Positions 41,460-54,320 of a DNA stretch of 64,000 bases are shown piece after piece. Made by a program: the position numbers and the translations under genes. The notes beneath the pieces are model-generated. The model saw only the letters and a program-made list of their open reading frames with translations. It did not search any database and was not told the DNA's origin. Each line of letters opens with the position of its first letter. Positions within the stretch are counted from its first letter, which is position 1. The stretch lies in contig CM000155.2 of NCBI GenBank assembly GCA_000004695.1, forward strand, positions 960,001-1,024,000, in the 5' to 3' direction. This DNA comes from Dictyostelium discoideum (taxonomy: Eukaryota).

Positions 41460-42054
41460 AATTAATAATAATAATAATATTAATAATAATAATAATGAAA
41501 ATAATGAAAATAATGAAAATAATAATAATAATAATTGTAATATACCAATAAAGAATTTATTAGTACTAAAAATGATTGAAATTTCGAAATTAGAACATCA
41601 ATGTTATCAATCAATTGAAAGTAAAGAAAGATTTTTCGAAGAATATTTCTTTGTAGAATTTCGTGGTAAAGGATCTTTTCCAAAGAGTGTAGATGGTAAA
41701 GATTTTATATTTCGTGGTAAAGAATTGGAGAAATTAGGTTCATTCGTATCAAGATTAAAAAATAGATATCCAGGTGCTCAAGTGATTCCAAAACAACAAG
41801 GTGTTGATTTATCACAAACAAATGGTCAATTCATTCATATTAGACCATGTAAACCTGTTTTATTACCAAAAGATATTATTAGTAGTGGTAGTGGTAGAGG
41901 TGGTAATATTTGTAACAATAGTAGTAAAATTATAAGTGGTATTAGTGGTTATTCAAATAAAACACATTATAAATCATTAAAATCATTTATAAATAATAAT
42001 TCAAAAGTATTTTATTTCTCTGCACCATTTAAAAAGAATTTAAATAATAATAAT

Positions 42055-42110
<56 letters not shown>

Positions 42111-42587
42111 ATTTTTAATGTTATGGACAAGAGATACATATATAATTTCAAAATCAATATTTCCATCATTAATTAGAAATTCAATGATTAGTGAAATTGT
42201 AGAGATTGAAAAGAATCCATTAGAGAATGCGATTGAATCATTAAAGAGAAAGAATAAAGAATTGGATAAAATATTTAATCAATGTAAAAAGAGTATGCAA
42301 TGGAATAGTCATTTAACAATGTCATTGAATGGTGTAGTGGATGCAGTGGTTTCTGGTGGTATCAATATGTATAGAATGTTCTTTCAACAATCTTATTTAG
42401 ATTCAAATCCAATCACTCATTTGGATTTACTAATTAAATTGAAACAATTATTATTGGATCAAAAATCATTGTTAGAGTTTGGACTTGATATTCATTCTCA
42501 TTTATGTCCTGATAATATGAAAGCACTTCAACAAAATATGGAATTATGTTTTGAAAAATGGAAACAAATTGTAAATGAATTAATAAT

Positions 42588-42621
<34 letters not shown>

Positions 42622-44004
42622 GTCAATAATCAAGATAAAGATAAAGATAAAAGAGAATCAACTGAAATTTATGATAATCATGTTAAACAATTATCAAGAT
42701 CTCATTCTGATTTAGAATCAATATTAAAACAATTAGATGAAAATACATCTGGCAGTACTTGTACTACACCAACTAAACAACAACAACAGCAAACTTCATC
42801 AACACCTTCATCACCATTATCAACTATTAATCAAATTCAAAATCAATTAAATCAAAATCAAATTGAACAATTATTGAAATTACAAACTGAAAAATCAAAA
42901 GAACGTGAAAGAGAAAAAGAAAGAAAGAAAGAAATGGAAAGTTTGGCTTTATTAGCTTCTCTAGAATTGGATTCAACAATTAATGAAAATATATTTGAAA
43001 TGGTAAATACTAATAATAATAGTAATAATCATAGAAATAGTGGTAAATTAACTTCAAATAAACCACCAATTCAAATTAAATCAATTACTACACCAATAAA
43101 ACAATCAAATCAACAACCAAATCAACAATCAAATCAACAATCAAATCAACAACCATTACCAATTCAACCACAAAGACCATCTTCATCATTATCTAATAGT
43201 AGTTCAAATATAACTTCAAATACATTATCAATACCAAGACCATCTTCATCTCTATCAAATTCATCACCTTGTTTATCAAATTCACCACCAAAATTAACAC
43301 CAACTAAATCAACTTTAAATATCAACCCTTCACCACAAAAGAAACCAACTTCTCCAAAAACTCAAAATAAAATCACTACAAAACTATCATCATCATCATC
43401 AACAACATCGGCATCAACTTCAACTTCTAATACACCAAAGACAACTACTACAAATTCAACCATTACAAATACAACATCATCACAAACAAACTCAACTTTA
43501 ACATCCACAACAACCAAACAAACTCCAACCAAATCTTCAAATAATTATTTGAAACCACCATCAGTAGCAAGACCTTCAACAATCTCAAGATCACTTACTT
43601 CTATTTCAACACCACCATCAACATCTAAATCATCCTCATCGTCAACAACAAATAAATTGAATATAACAACACCAACAAAAACTAGACCAACTATTGGCTC
43701 AAATACAACATTTATAACCCCTAAAAAAGAATCATTACCAATTCCAATAACACCTTCTTCTACAAAGAAATCATCATCATATTCATTATCATCAACATCA
43801 GTACCATCAACTACAACTACAACTACAACTTCTTCTCATTCATCATTCACTAGACCAACTCAAAGTACTTTAGCGAGAAAATTAGAAGTTGAATCAAAGA
43901 AATCAACAACATTAAGAATAAAATCAAAAGATAGACCAGCCATTATTGAACCAAAAACCCCACAAGCTAAAAAACAATTCATTGTACCAACAACACCAAC
44001 AAAT

Positions 44005-44035
<31 letters not shown>

Positions 44036-44355
44036 AATCAACTGGTATCACATCAAGTAGTTTTAAAAAGAGTCTTTATGAAATTGGTGATCCATCATTA
44101 ATATCTCCAACAATGTCGACAACATCATCATCATCATCATCAACATCATCAACAACATCATCAACTACATCATCTTCAGTATACTCAAGTTCTATGTCGT
44201 CTTCATACTCTTCAAGAAGTAGTGGTGGAATTAAAACTTCTTCACTATCATCATCCAGTAGCCATATGTTTGGTGGTAGTGGAATTCAAATTAAACATGG
44301 TAACAATAATAGTAAACTTTCTCCCTCTTCATTTAATCCAAATATGATTCAAATG

Positions 44356-44389
<34 letters not shown>

Positions 44390-44684
44390 ATTCATCATCA
44401 TCATCATCAACTGCTTCTACAACAACTACACCATCACCACCACTTTCGACAATAAATTTAAATACAAATACAATTCCATCACTTGATATTAGTAAGCCAA
44501 TCGAAAAACCACCACAACCAATTGCCTCTAAAAAACGTCTTAGTATTACTGATTCAATTAAAAGTGTTGTTAACCTTTTAAATGTTGATGATTCAAAGAA
44601 AATTAAAACTTCAACTTTAAAATCATCATCAATCTCTATAAATAGTTCAGTTTCATCTACTTTAAAACCTTTACCAAAAAAGAG

Positions 44685-44691
<7 letters not shown>
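39481..44691 (+). CDS. Large F-box domain protein (1736 aa) with poly-Asn/poly-Thr tracts and a very long Ser/Thr-rich C-terminal half
   Basis: ATG at 39481; single uninterrupted ORF. The F-box is at about residues 415-460 (GEVLVCIFQYLDIKEICCLAQTCSWWRIVSEQNVLWLKKF). It is followed by a globular region about 600 aa long and then about 650 aa of S/T/P-rich low complexity. Confidence 0.7.
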
Positions 44692-44719
<28 letters not shown>

Positions 44720-44991
44720 ACAAACATTTTAACCTTTAATAAAAATATCTATTTATTTGTAAAACAAACTTTAAAAAAAAAAAACTATTTTTTTGTAAAA
44801 GCACAAAAAATATCTTTTTTTTTTTTTTTTATTTTTTTTTTATTTTTTTTTGATTGTGTTATTTGAAATATCTGCCCAAAGGAATTGTTGTCTTTTCGAT
44901 TTTTTTTTTTTTTTTGATTTTTTTTTTCTTAAGCAGTTTTATTATACTATTATTTTATTTATTTAAATTATTTAAATTATTTTTTTTAAAA

Positions 44992-45957
44992 ATGAGTATA
45001 ATTAAATTAATAAATGATAATTCTAATATTAAAGAATTAACAAAAATATTTAATGATTCATTTGCAGATTATGTTTATCCATTATCAGTTACAGAATTAT
45101 CACTTCAACAAAAGATTCAAGGTGATAATGTATCGTTAGATTATTCGATTGGTTTATATAATAAAGAAACCAATGAATTGGAAGGATTTATTTTACATGG
45201 TGTTGATAATTTAGAGAATCCAAAAAGATTATATAATTCAGCAACGGGTGTAATACCAAGTGCAAGAGGGAAATCAGTCGAACGTTGTTATAATTCAATG
45301 ATACCATATTATATTGAAAAAGGTATTGAAAGTATTATATTAGAAGTTGTAACAACCAATAACCGTGCATCAAAAGTTTATGAAAGATGTGGATTTAAAA
45401 TAATTAGTACAATCAACTCTTATAAAGGTTTAATTAATAAAGATTTATTAAAACCATTTTTATATAATCATCAAAGTGGCGATAGTGGTAGCGTTGAAGT
45501 TGACGAAGCCATGAACAATAAAATCAATATTAAAAAATTGGATTGTATAAATGACGATGTGGTTGAATTTTTATCAAGTCAAAATAAAAACTACCCAATG
45601 ATGATACCAACTTGGTCAAATTCAATTAAAGCAATTAAAAGAGAATTTGATTTAGGTTTTAATAAATGTTGGATTGCAACCACAACAGAGAATGATAAAG
45701 TGAATATTATTGGATTTTTATCAGTCAATGATCAAACTTTTAGAATTAGACAATTATTTGTATCACCTGATTACAGAAATAAAAATGTAGCAACCAATTT
45801 AATTCATACAATGGCATTAGAGTTTAATGAAAGTACAACATTTAATTTTGGTATTGATTCAAAATTTGATAATACTATTAATTTCTTTACAAAAAGATTA
45901 GGTTTCGCTTATCTTTTATCAGTTTATGAAATGTTATTAAATTTTGAAAATAAATAA
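44992..45957 (+). CDS. Tandem-GNAT N-acetyltransferase-like protein, 321 aa
   Basis: The true ATG is at 44992 (MSIIKLINDN...). The track's 44854 start lies in T-rich leader in the same frame. There are two acetyltransferase-like halves: IILEVVTTNNRASKVYERCGFKI (motif A/B-like) and RIRQLFVSPDYRNKNVATNLIHTMAL...FFTKRLGFAY. Confidence 0.6.
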   Translation: MSIIKLINDNSNIKELTKIFNDSFADYVYPLSVTELSLQQKIQGDNVSLDYSIGLYNKETNELEGFILHGVDNLENPKRLYNSATGVIPSARGKSVERCYNSMIPYYIEKGIESIILEVVTTNNRASKVYERCGFKIISTINSYKGLINKDLLKPFLYNHQSGDSGSVEVDEAMNNKINIKKLDCINDDVVEFLSSQNKNYPMMIPTWSNSIKAIKREFDLGFNKCWIATTTENDKVNIIGFLSVNDQTFRIRQLFVSPDYRNKNVATNLIHTMALEFNESTTFNFGIDSKFDNTINFFTKRLGFAYLLSVYEMLLNFENK

Positions 45958-46155
45958 AAATTATTACTTTTATTTTATAAATAATTTTTTTTTATTTTTT
46001 TTTATTTAGTTAATAATAATAATAATAATATATTTTATTTTAGTTTTGTTTTTTTTATTTTTATTTTTTTTATTTTTATTTTATCTTTTATTTTTATCTT
46101 TTATTTTTATCTTTATTTTTTTATTTTTTTATTTTTATTTTTAGAGAGAATAGTT

Positions 46156-48876
46156 TCAATATCCAATAGGAATTTCAATATCAATTAAATAACCTTTTGA
46201 AATGAAATAATTAACAAATTTGTGAATTTTTGTTATTTTGGTGTGTAATTGAATATTTCTAGTGACAACACTTTCAATTTTGAAATTTGGATATAAATTA
46301 TTTAAAAGTAATTCACAAAAGGGAATAACGGAATGATTTGATAAATCTAAACGTTTTGTGAGATTATCAACACAATTTAAATCGGTTAATTTTAATAAAC
46401 TGTCAATATTTGTGAATAAACTTTGATATTTGACAATTAAACTTTCATTTGCATTTAAAAGAGATTTATTCCAAAAATCTTTAATTTTAGTTTGAATATT
46501 TGATTTTTCTTCTTGACTATTATTATTTTTGTTATTGTTGTTGTGAAATATTAAAATATGATTAATTAAATTGAAATTTTTTAATAATGATTCTCGATTT
46601 GATACTTTATGGTTAACAATTAAATTTGCCACTGATTGACAAGAACAAAATTTAAAGAATTTTTCAAATGATTTAGAATCCATTGAGGAGTTTAGTGTAT
46701 TTTCAAAAACCTTTAAAGAATAATAAAATACTCTTCCATTTTCCAATTCTTTACAAGATGGACAATTATTATAACTACTACCACTAATACTACTACTATT
46801 ACTACTATTATTACTAATATTTGAAAAAGTTAATTGAATAACTGAACCAACTGTTTGATTTGAAGAATCATTTAATAATTGTTGAATTAATTCCAAATGT
46901 TTCAAAAATAAATCATATCTTTTAATATTAAGGAAATAAAGTAAGTTTGAATTTAATGAATCATTAATATTATAAACCAAATTTGAAAACAAAGCTTTTG
47001 AAGATGGTGGTAATAATGATAAAGTATTTGAAGGTAAAATTGAAATTCTTTCAATTAAACTATCCATTAATTCATTATGATTCATTCCTCTATTACCAAA
47101 AATTCCTTTGCCAAATATTAGATTAAATGTAAAATAGTTTGGATTTAAATATTTTCTAATATCATAACCATCAAATTTATAATCTTTATCTTCAAAGTAA
47201 TGCTTTTTATCGTTGACTGGTTGATCATTAAAAACTGAAGTAATAAATGGAAATTCCATTAAATATTTGGTAAAGTATTGTGATTTAATATTTAAATAAT
47301 GAATTGAATGATAGATAGTATGATGAATTGGTATATTTGCAATTTGAATTAATCTATAAATATATCTAACCCTTTCAATAACTATACCATCTTTTGAAAT
47401 TAATCTTTTAAACATAAAGTTTATAATATCTTCTAAAACCAATAGATAGTGTTCGCTATTGTTGTTACTTGATGTATAATTTCTTTTATAAAGATCAATG
47501 AAAATTTCAATGCATTCAATAAGAGGAATTATATTTGCTGATGATGATTTAAAAAGAATTGGTTTGGATCTTGTATTTTCAAAAACTATAAAATGATAAT
47601 TATTTTTAAATTCATTCCATTTCTCTTTGAATTTTTCTAAATTTGATTCAATTAAATTATATGAATTATGGAATACTAATTTAAATACATGCGAGAATCC
47701 AAAATCTATAGCTCTAACCAAACATTTAAATGTTTCATCAATATGTTGATTGAAATTAATTTTAACTTTTAAAATTTCTAAATAATCATTTGAAGAAGAT
47801 GACGATGATAAAGAAGATGATGAAGAAGATGATTCACTTAAACTACTTGAAGTTTTTGTAATATGATTAACATATCTAAAGAAGTTTTGTGGGGTACCAA
47901 TTTTTGTAAAATTTGTTTTTTCTAAATAATTTGAAAATTTAACAATTTGATTAGCAGTTTCTAAATAAAAATATGGTATTGAATTAATATCAACAATGGA
48001 ATCAATTTGAAAAACTGTTTCATAATCTTGAGTTTTAATGGCTTCATTATAAGGAAACTTATATAACCATTGGAGATATCTAATATATTCTTGATTGTTA
48101 ACAACATTGGGTGGTGGTGGTGATAAAAATTTAAATTTTGGATTATTAATTTCTAATGATCTCTCCATTGCATATTGAACCAATTGATAGGTTTGAAAGT
48201 GAAATGATGATGATCTTTCATTAAATTGATAGAATAGGTCATCCAATGATTGATTTTCAATATTATCAAAAAACCAATCAATAGTTTCTTTATCTTTTAT
48301 TAAGATTTGAAATGATTTTAAATTTAATAGATGATTCCATTTATTTGGCAATATATGTTTGAATCTATTATCCCAACGATTGGTTGATTTTAAAAGATTG
48401 ATTAATTTTTCATAACTCTCTGAATCTTTTACATTTGAAAATATAAAGCTCTTTATTGTATAATCTAAATCTTTGTTTGAAAAGTATCTTTCATCCAATG
48501 ATATATAAAATTCAACAAATTCATAAAATTCATTGAAACTTGTATCCCATTTAAATGTTTTATATCTTAATTCTAATTTTTTAAATAATAATTGATTCTT
48601 AATTAAATCATTAATACTTTTATAATCAATATCAATATTATTATTATTTTCATTATTATCGCCATTATTATATAATGATACTAATGATTTGAATGAATTT
48701 GTATTAAATGATAATAACATCCAATTAAGTAACATTAAAATTTGTGGATTATTTGATAATTCTTTAATTGGTTCTTTATATTGATCTAAATAATTTTGAT
48801 AAAATTTATTGAAATCTTGTTTTGCCAATTGTTTATGAATTTCTTTTATTTTATTTTCTTCATTATCAATAAAACA

Positions 48877-48957
<81 letters not shown>

Positions 48958-50307
48958 GAGATTGTTGTTATTATTATTATCATTAATTATATTTTCAACT
49001 ATATCAATTGATTGATTAGTTGATTGATCAGTGATTTGAGATTTCTTTTGATACTCTTTAAATAGTTTCAAAGAGATAAGAGTACTTTTTGATTTTATTG
49101 ATTTTAATTTTAATAGTGAATATAGTTCTAATTTATTATCTGGTGAAAAAGTTGATAAATCAAATATAGTAGAATTATTTGAAATTAATTCAAATAATTC
49201 TTGACAACTTTCAATCTTTTCATAGGCTAATCTAATTAATTCTTTCTTTATTTCAATTGAAATCATCGATAAATCCTTATTTTTCATTAAAAAATGTAAA
49301 GGTGATGGAATCGATATAATGGTATAAGATCTCATTTGTTTAATTAAAAATTCTATTTGTTTTTCTAATACTATTTTTTGTTGTTGATATTGATTTTCTT
49401 GTTGATTATCTTGTTCTTGTTGTTGTATTTGTTGAAGTACTATTTGTAGTTGCTCCTCCTGTAGAAATGGTTGTTGATTTTGTATTTGTTGTTCTTGTAG
49501 TTGTTGTATTAATTGTTCTTGTTCTTGTTGTTGTTTTTGTTGTGGCATTTTTTGTTGTTGTTGAAATTGTAGTTCTTGTTGTTCTAGTGGTAGTAGATTA
49601 TGATGATGATGCTGTTGTTGTTGTGGTTGATATTGTTTTTGAAGATAATTATATGCAGAAAGGAGAGCTAACAATGAGAATTGTGGTTTATAGCTATTAA
49701 TGGTTGGGTGATGAGTATTATTTAAATTTTCGAAAACTTTCAATAATAATGAATCGGACATAATAAATGAGAATGGTTCATTTATTAAAATATTAAGAAT
49801 CTCTAAATTTGGTTGAGGGTTGATTCTATTATTAAATACAATTGATAATAAATCAAACTCTATTAACTTGTTTCTCTTTAATGTACTAATAGTTTGTAAA
49901 ATTTCTTTAAACATAATACACTCTTCTACTGTATTAACACTAAGATTATCAAACACAGATATCATTTTATTTAAAAATTTACCAATGCCAATTCTATCGA
50001 TTTTAGTGCGTTCAAGTTTGTTTTTCTCTAATTCTAATTTAAATTCTTGTAAACCATTTTTCTTTTCTAAAAAATAGTTGATTGTATATAAATATTTCTT
50101 ATTGAAAGATTCGATATCATTGATATTATCGTCATCAAATTCATTATAATAATTATTATTATTATTATTTAAATAAATATTCTCTTTAACGGGTGTATGA
50201 TATCTATAATCGACCCATTGCGTTGTTTTTAAATCATCCAAAATATAAAGAAATAGAAATTTATTTTTGAATACTTTCCAAAAAAGGATTTCATTGTGAT
50301 CTTCCAT
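46156..50307 (-). CDS. Member B of the LFWKVF-box paralogous family, 1383 aa, single ORF
   Basis: Begins MEDHNEILFWKVFKNKFLFLYIL. It has a poly-Gln/poly-Asn interior encoded by (TTG)n on the plus strand at about 48890..48960, and an Ile/Asn/Lys/Leu-rich helical-repeat-like body. It is divergent from gene C with 409 bp between the two starts. Confidence 0.7.
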
Positions 50308-50314
50308 TTTTTTT

Positions 50315-50349
<35 letters not shown>

Positions 50350-50716
50350 TTATTTATTTGTTTATATATTTAAATGTTTATTATTTGTTATTTATTTGTT
50401 TATTTAAATGACACCAAAATATCAAAGTTTTTTTTTTTGTTTTTTTATGCAGAAAAAAAAAAAAATAAAAAAATAAAAAAATAAAAAAAAATAATAAAAA
50501 TAAATAAAATAAAAAAATTGGAAAAAAAAATGAAATTCAGAGAAAATAAAAATTTTTTATAAAAAAGATATTATTTTTTTTTAAAAAAATTTTTGATTTA
50601 AGATATTTTTTATTTTAACTCAAAAAAATAAAAAAAAATTTAAAAAAAAACCACCCCTTATTTTTTTTTTTTTTTTTCATCACATTAAACCACTGTTGCT
50701 GATTATAAAATATAAA

Positions 50717-50770
50717 ATGAAAGAAGATTTAAATAATAATAATAACAATATTAATAATAATAATAATATT

Positions 50771-50801
<31 letters not shown>

Positions 50802-53122
50802 GTAATGATAATAATAATGATAATAATAATAATGAAATACTATTTTGGAAAGTTTTTCGAAATATTTTTTTGAAATCTAAAATTTTTAAAATAATTATTA
50901 ATAATTCAAAATTTAAAATTGGTATTTATCATTATGATGAAATCAATAAAACAGAGTGGATGATTCAAAATGGTCATTTAAATTTATTATGGGATAAAGT
51001 TGTAATTAAAAAAGAAAAAAGTTTAGTATTTGATTGTACTTTTAAAAAATTAATTGATAAAGTAAATAGAAAATATAAATTAAAAAATGAAGAAATGAAT
51101 ATATATTATCAATATTCAATTTTCAGTGTATTTAAAGATAATTTAGAATTCTTTAGAAACTTATTTACAAACTATCCACAATACTATCAAATACCATACA
51201 CAACCCATGAAGATTTAGTAAGATTCTCTTTAGAATATGATAATATAGCGTTAATAACAATTTTAATTCAAGATTATAATTATAAACCATCATATGAAGT
51301 TCTACAACAATCAATTGAAATTGGGTCAATAAAAGTTGCCAATTATTTATTTAATTATTTTAATAGTAGTAATAATAGTAGTAGTGATATTATGAATGAT
51401 GAAAAACTTTGGAGGATTGTGTTAGACTATAATTCAATTGATGATATTAGAATTTTAAATAAAAGAGTGGATTTTTTTATAAATAAATTGGGATTAAAAG
51501 TACCACAAACATTAAAGATGTCTACATCATCATCATCATCAAAATCAATGATTAGATTATTCAAAATAGATATTTATAGAGAACCAATTGAAACGATAAT
51601 AGATTGTTGTAAAACTGTGATTTATTTAAGAGAATTATTGGAACCATTAATTTCAAATTATGAACCACGTGGGCGATTTAGAATGGTTGATAGTGAATTA
51701 TTGAAATCTTTTAAATGGTTATCAATTGAAGAAATAAATGAAATTAATGCAACGTTTTCAAGTAAAGATAAAGAAAAAATAAGTGGTAAAGTTAATATTG
51801 GCGATGACAGAATTAAAAGGTTATATAATTTATTAATATTATTTTCATCACCTTGTAAAATCCAAGGAAATTATTCATTTTATCGTGCTAAATATTTCAA
51901 ACAATTTAAATTACCCGATTTTCCATGTCATTATTTTGGAAATTTCTCAAACCCAATTGGAAATAACATTTTAATTAATTCAAGCTTTTTTTATTGTGAA
52001 AATGATAAGGAGTCAATATCAGATTATTGTGATAAAGCAATTGAATATATTAGACCATCTGTTAATATTTATTATTCTAGAAGTTTCTCAAGTGATCATT
52101 TAAAAGATATTTTTAAAAGAGAAAATCTATTTTGTAATTGTTTAATTCAAGACCTTCTTAAAGTTAAACAGGTTGAAATTGCTGAAAATTTTATAAGCAA
52201 TATTAACAAAATTTTTCAATTTGAGTTATCTTTCTCGATAAATGTGCAAACTAAAACAAATGTTTCAAAAGAGGTATTTGATTTTATTATTAAACATTAT
52301 TTTAAAGATAAAGATTGTGATTTCATTTTCGATAGTTTAATTGGCACTAAAAGTTTAGCAAAAAGTAATTTCTATTTACTATTTTATTTAAATGAAAACT
52401 ATTCAAATGAGTTTGGAAATTATTTAAAACAAAATTCACATCTACTTTTAGATATATGGTTAAAAATCCCATCAAATGTAAATATTACAGATATTAAATG
52501 GTTGATTGATATCACTAAAAATTCAAAAATCTCAAATTTAAATATTAGAACACCAAGTATTCTTTCAAATTCTTATTTAGAACTAATCGATTATTTAAAT
52601 AATGAAATGAATAAGCCACCAAGTATTCTTTCAAATAGTTCATTACCTTGCTTATTATCAGCTATTCAATATTTGAAAGCAAATGGTAAATTTGAATTTT
52701 CAAAAGAGATTTTAAATTCATTAATTATTGAAACTGGTAATTTTAATAATATTTTCAAATCATTATATAAAGAAATGGTAATTAGAAATGATTTCAATTC
52801 CATATCATTACTTATTGAAAATCAAGAATTTAGTAAAAACAACATTTTCAAAAAGAAATTATTATTGAAAATGGTTGAATATGGTAAAAATGAACTTTTG
52901 GAAAAGACAATTAATATTTTTGAAAAATCAATTAATCAAACTTCTATAATTGTTCTTTTAATGAATGCATTTAGAATTGGTAATATTGACCAACTATTAT
53001 TTTTATCAAAAACATTTAATTATAAAATTTCAAAAAATTTATTTGGTATGATTAAACTTGGTGATTATCTACCATTAACAAATAATAATCATTATTTATA
53101 TCAATATATTAATGATAAATAA
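50717..53122 (+). CDS. Member C of the LFWKVF-box paralogous family, 801 aa
   Basis: The first ATG is at 50717 (MKEDLNNNN...); the track start at 50696 is a TTG. A poly-Asn tract is followed by NEILFWKVFRNIFLKSKIF, the same order as in gene A. Confidence 0.7.
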
Positions 53123-53868
53123 AAAGTATTTTTTTCAAAATCTTGATTTACATCTTTAGAATTTTAAATTTTTGTTTTATTTTCTTTTTTTTTTATGTTT
53201 TTTTTTTATATTGGTTAATCATAATTTATCCATTAAAGGAAATAAACAATAATTAATAGTTTTATTTATGAATTTTAATTTAAAAAATTTAATTTTTTTT
53301 TTTAAGAAACCATAATTATTTCGGTTATCTAAATAGAATTTTGGTTTGTTAAAATATGCAAATCCAGTTATTAATGCCATGATATCTCTATATGCGTAGG
53401 TCCTAGAAAGGTCATAGTTTACTCATTTATAACACCATTCGAAATATTCCTTGTGATTGTCGTTTGGATAATTAAATAATGGATAGTTTGGTTTTGTTTT
53501 GACTATTTTGGGGTCACATTAATTCCAAGAGCAGATAACCATAAAATGTAATGTATTACATTGTTTAATATTAATAAGTTTTTAATAATCATAATATTAA
53601 TAATAGTAATAAAAATAATAATTATTAACAATAATAATTAAAATAATAATTAATTTATTTAGTTTTTTATATATTTTAGAGTTTTCGTTCGAAACTCCTC
53701 GGTGGAATATAACGAAAACTCGAAATTTATAAAAACTGAAAAAAATGAAAAAATAAAGTAGTTTTGATTCACGCTTTACAGCATTTATATAATATTAATT
53801 GTGTGTTCCTTTATTTATTATGATCAATATTGGGGGAGGAGACAGGGGAAACCACAACATTAAAAAAA

Positions 53869-53888
53869 GAGAATCGAACCGGTGATCC
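53869..53888 (-). promoter_or_regulatory. External B box (exB): extra tRNA-type B-box motif about 25 bp downstream of the tRNA-Ile 3' end
   Basis: The lower strand reads GGATCACCGGTTCGATTCTC, containing a GGTTCGATTC B-box consensus. Dictyostelium tRNA genes are known to carry such downstream exB elements. Confidence 0.55.
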
Positions 53889-53912
53889 ATTAAACTATTT
53901 TATAAAATTGCT

Positions 53913-53985
53913 TGCTCGATGCAGGGATCGAACCTGCGACCGTGGCGTTATTAGCACCACGCTCTGCCGACTGAGCTAATCGAGC
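53913..53985 (-). tRNA. tRNA-Ile (anticodon AAT), 73 nt, no intron, CCA not encoded
   Basis: The lower strand reads GCTCGAT-TA-GCTC-AGTCGGCA-GAGC-G-TGGTG-CTAATAA-CGCCA-CGGTC-GCAGG-TTCGATC-CCTGC-ATCGAGC-A. This is a perfect cloverleaf with a 7/4/5/5-bp stem arrangement, A box (TAGCTCAGTCGG) and B box (GGTTCGATCC). Confidence 0.92.
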
Positions 53986-54018
53986 TTTGCGATATTTTTT
54001 AAAAAGTTTACTGCATTT

Positions 54019-54055
<37 letters not shown>

Positions 54056-54320
54056 AAAAATTACAGAATTTTTTTTTTTTTTTTTTTATTTTTTTTTTTT
54101 TTATAAATTAATTTTTTTAAATTTTCTTGGAAAATAAAACAACTTGGAAAGTTTAAAAATTTTAAAAAATAATGATGAAACCCTTTTCTTTAAATAAAAA
54201 ATTAAAAAAATTAAAAAAAAATTAAAAAATTTGTTTCGTTCGTTTTTTATTTTTTTTTTTTTTTAAAATTTTATTTTTTTTTTTTTTTTTTTTTTATTAA
54301 TTTTATTTTTAACCACAAAG

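Noticed and set aside
53869-53888. Second tRNA gene or tRNA pseudogene just downstream of tRNA-Ile
   Set aside because: Only a B-box/T-arm-like 20-mer is present. There is no acceptor or anticodon arm, so it is better explained as the external B box characteristic of Dictyostelium tRNA loci.
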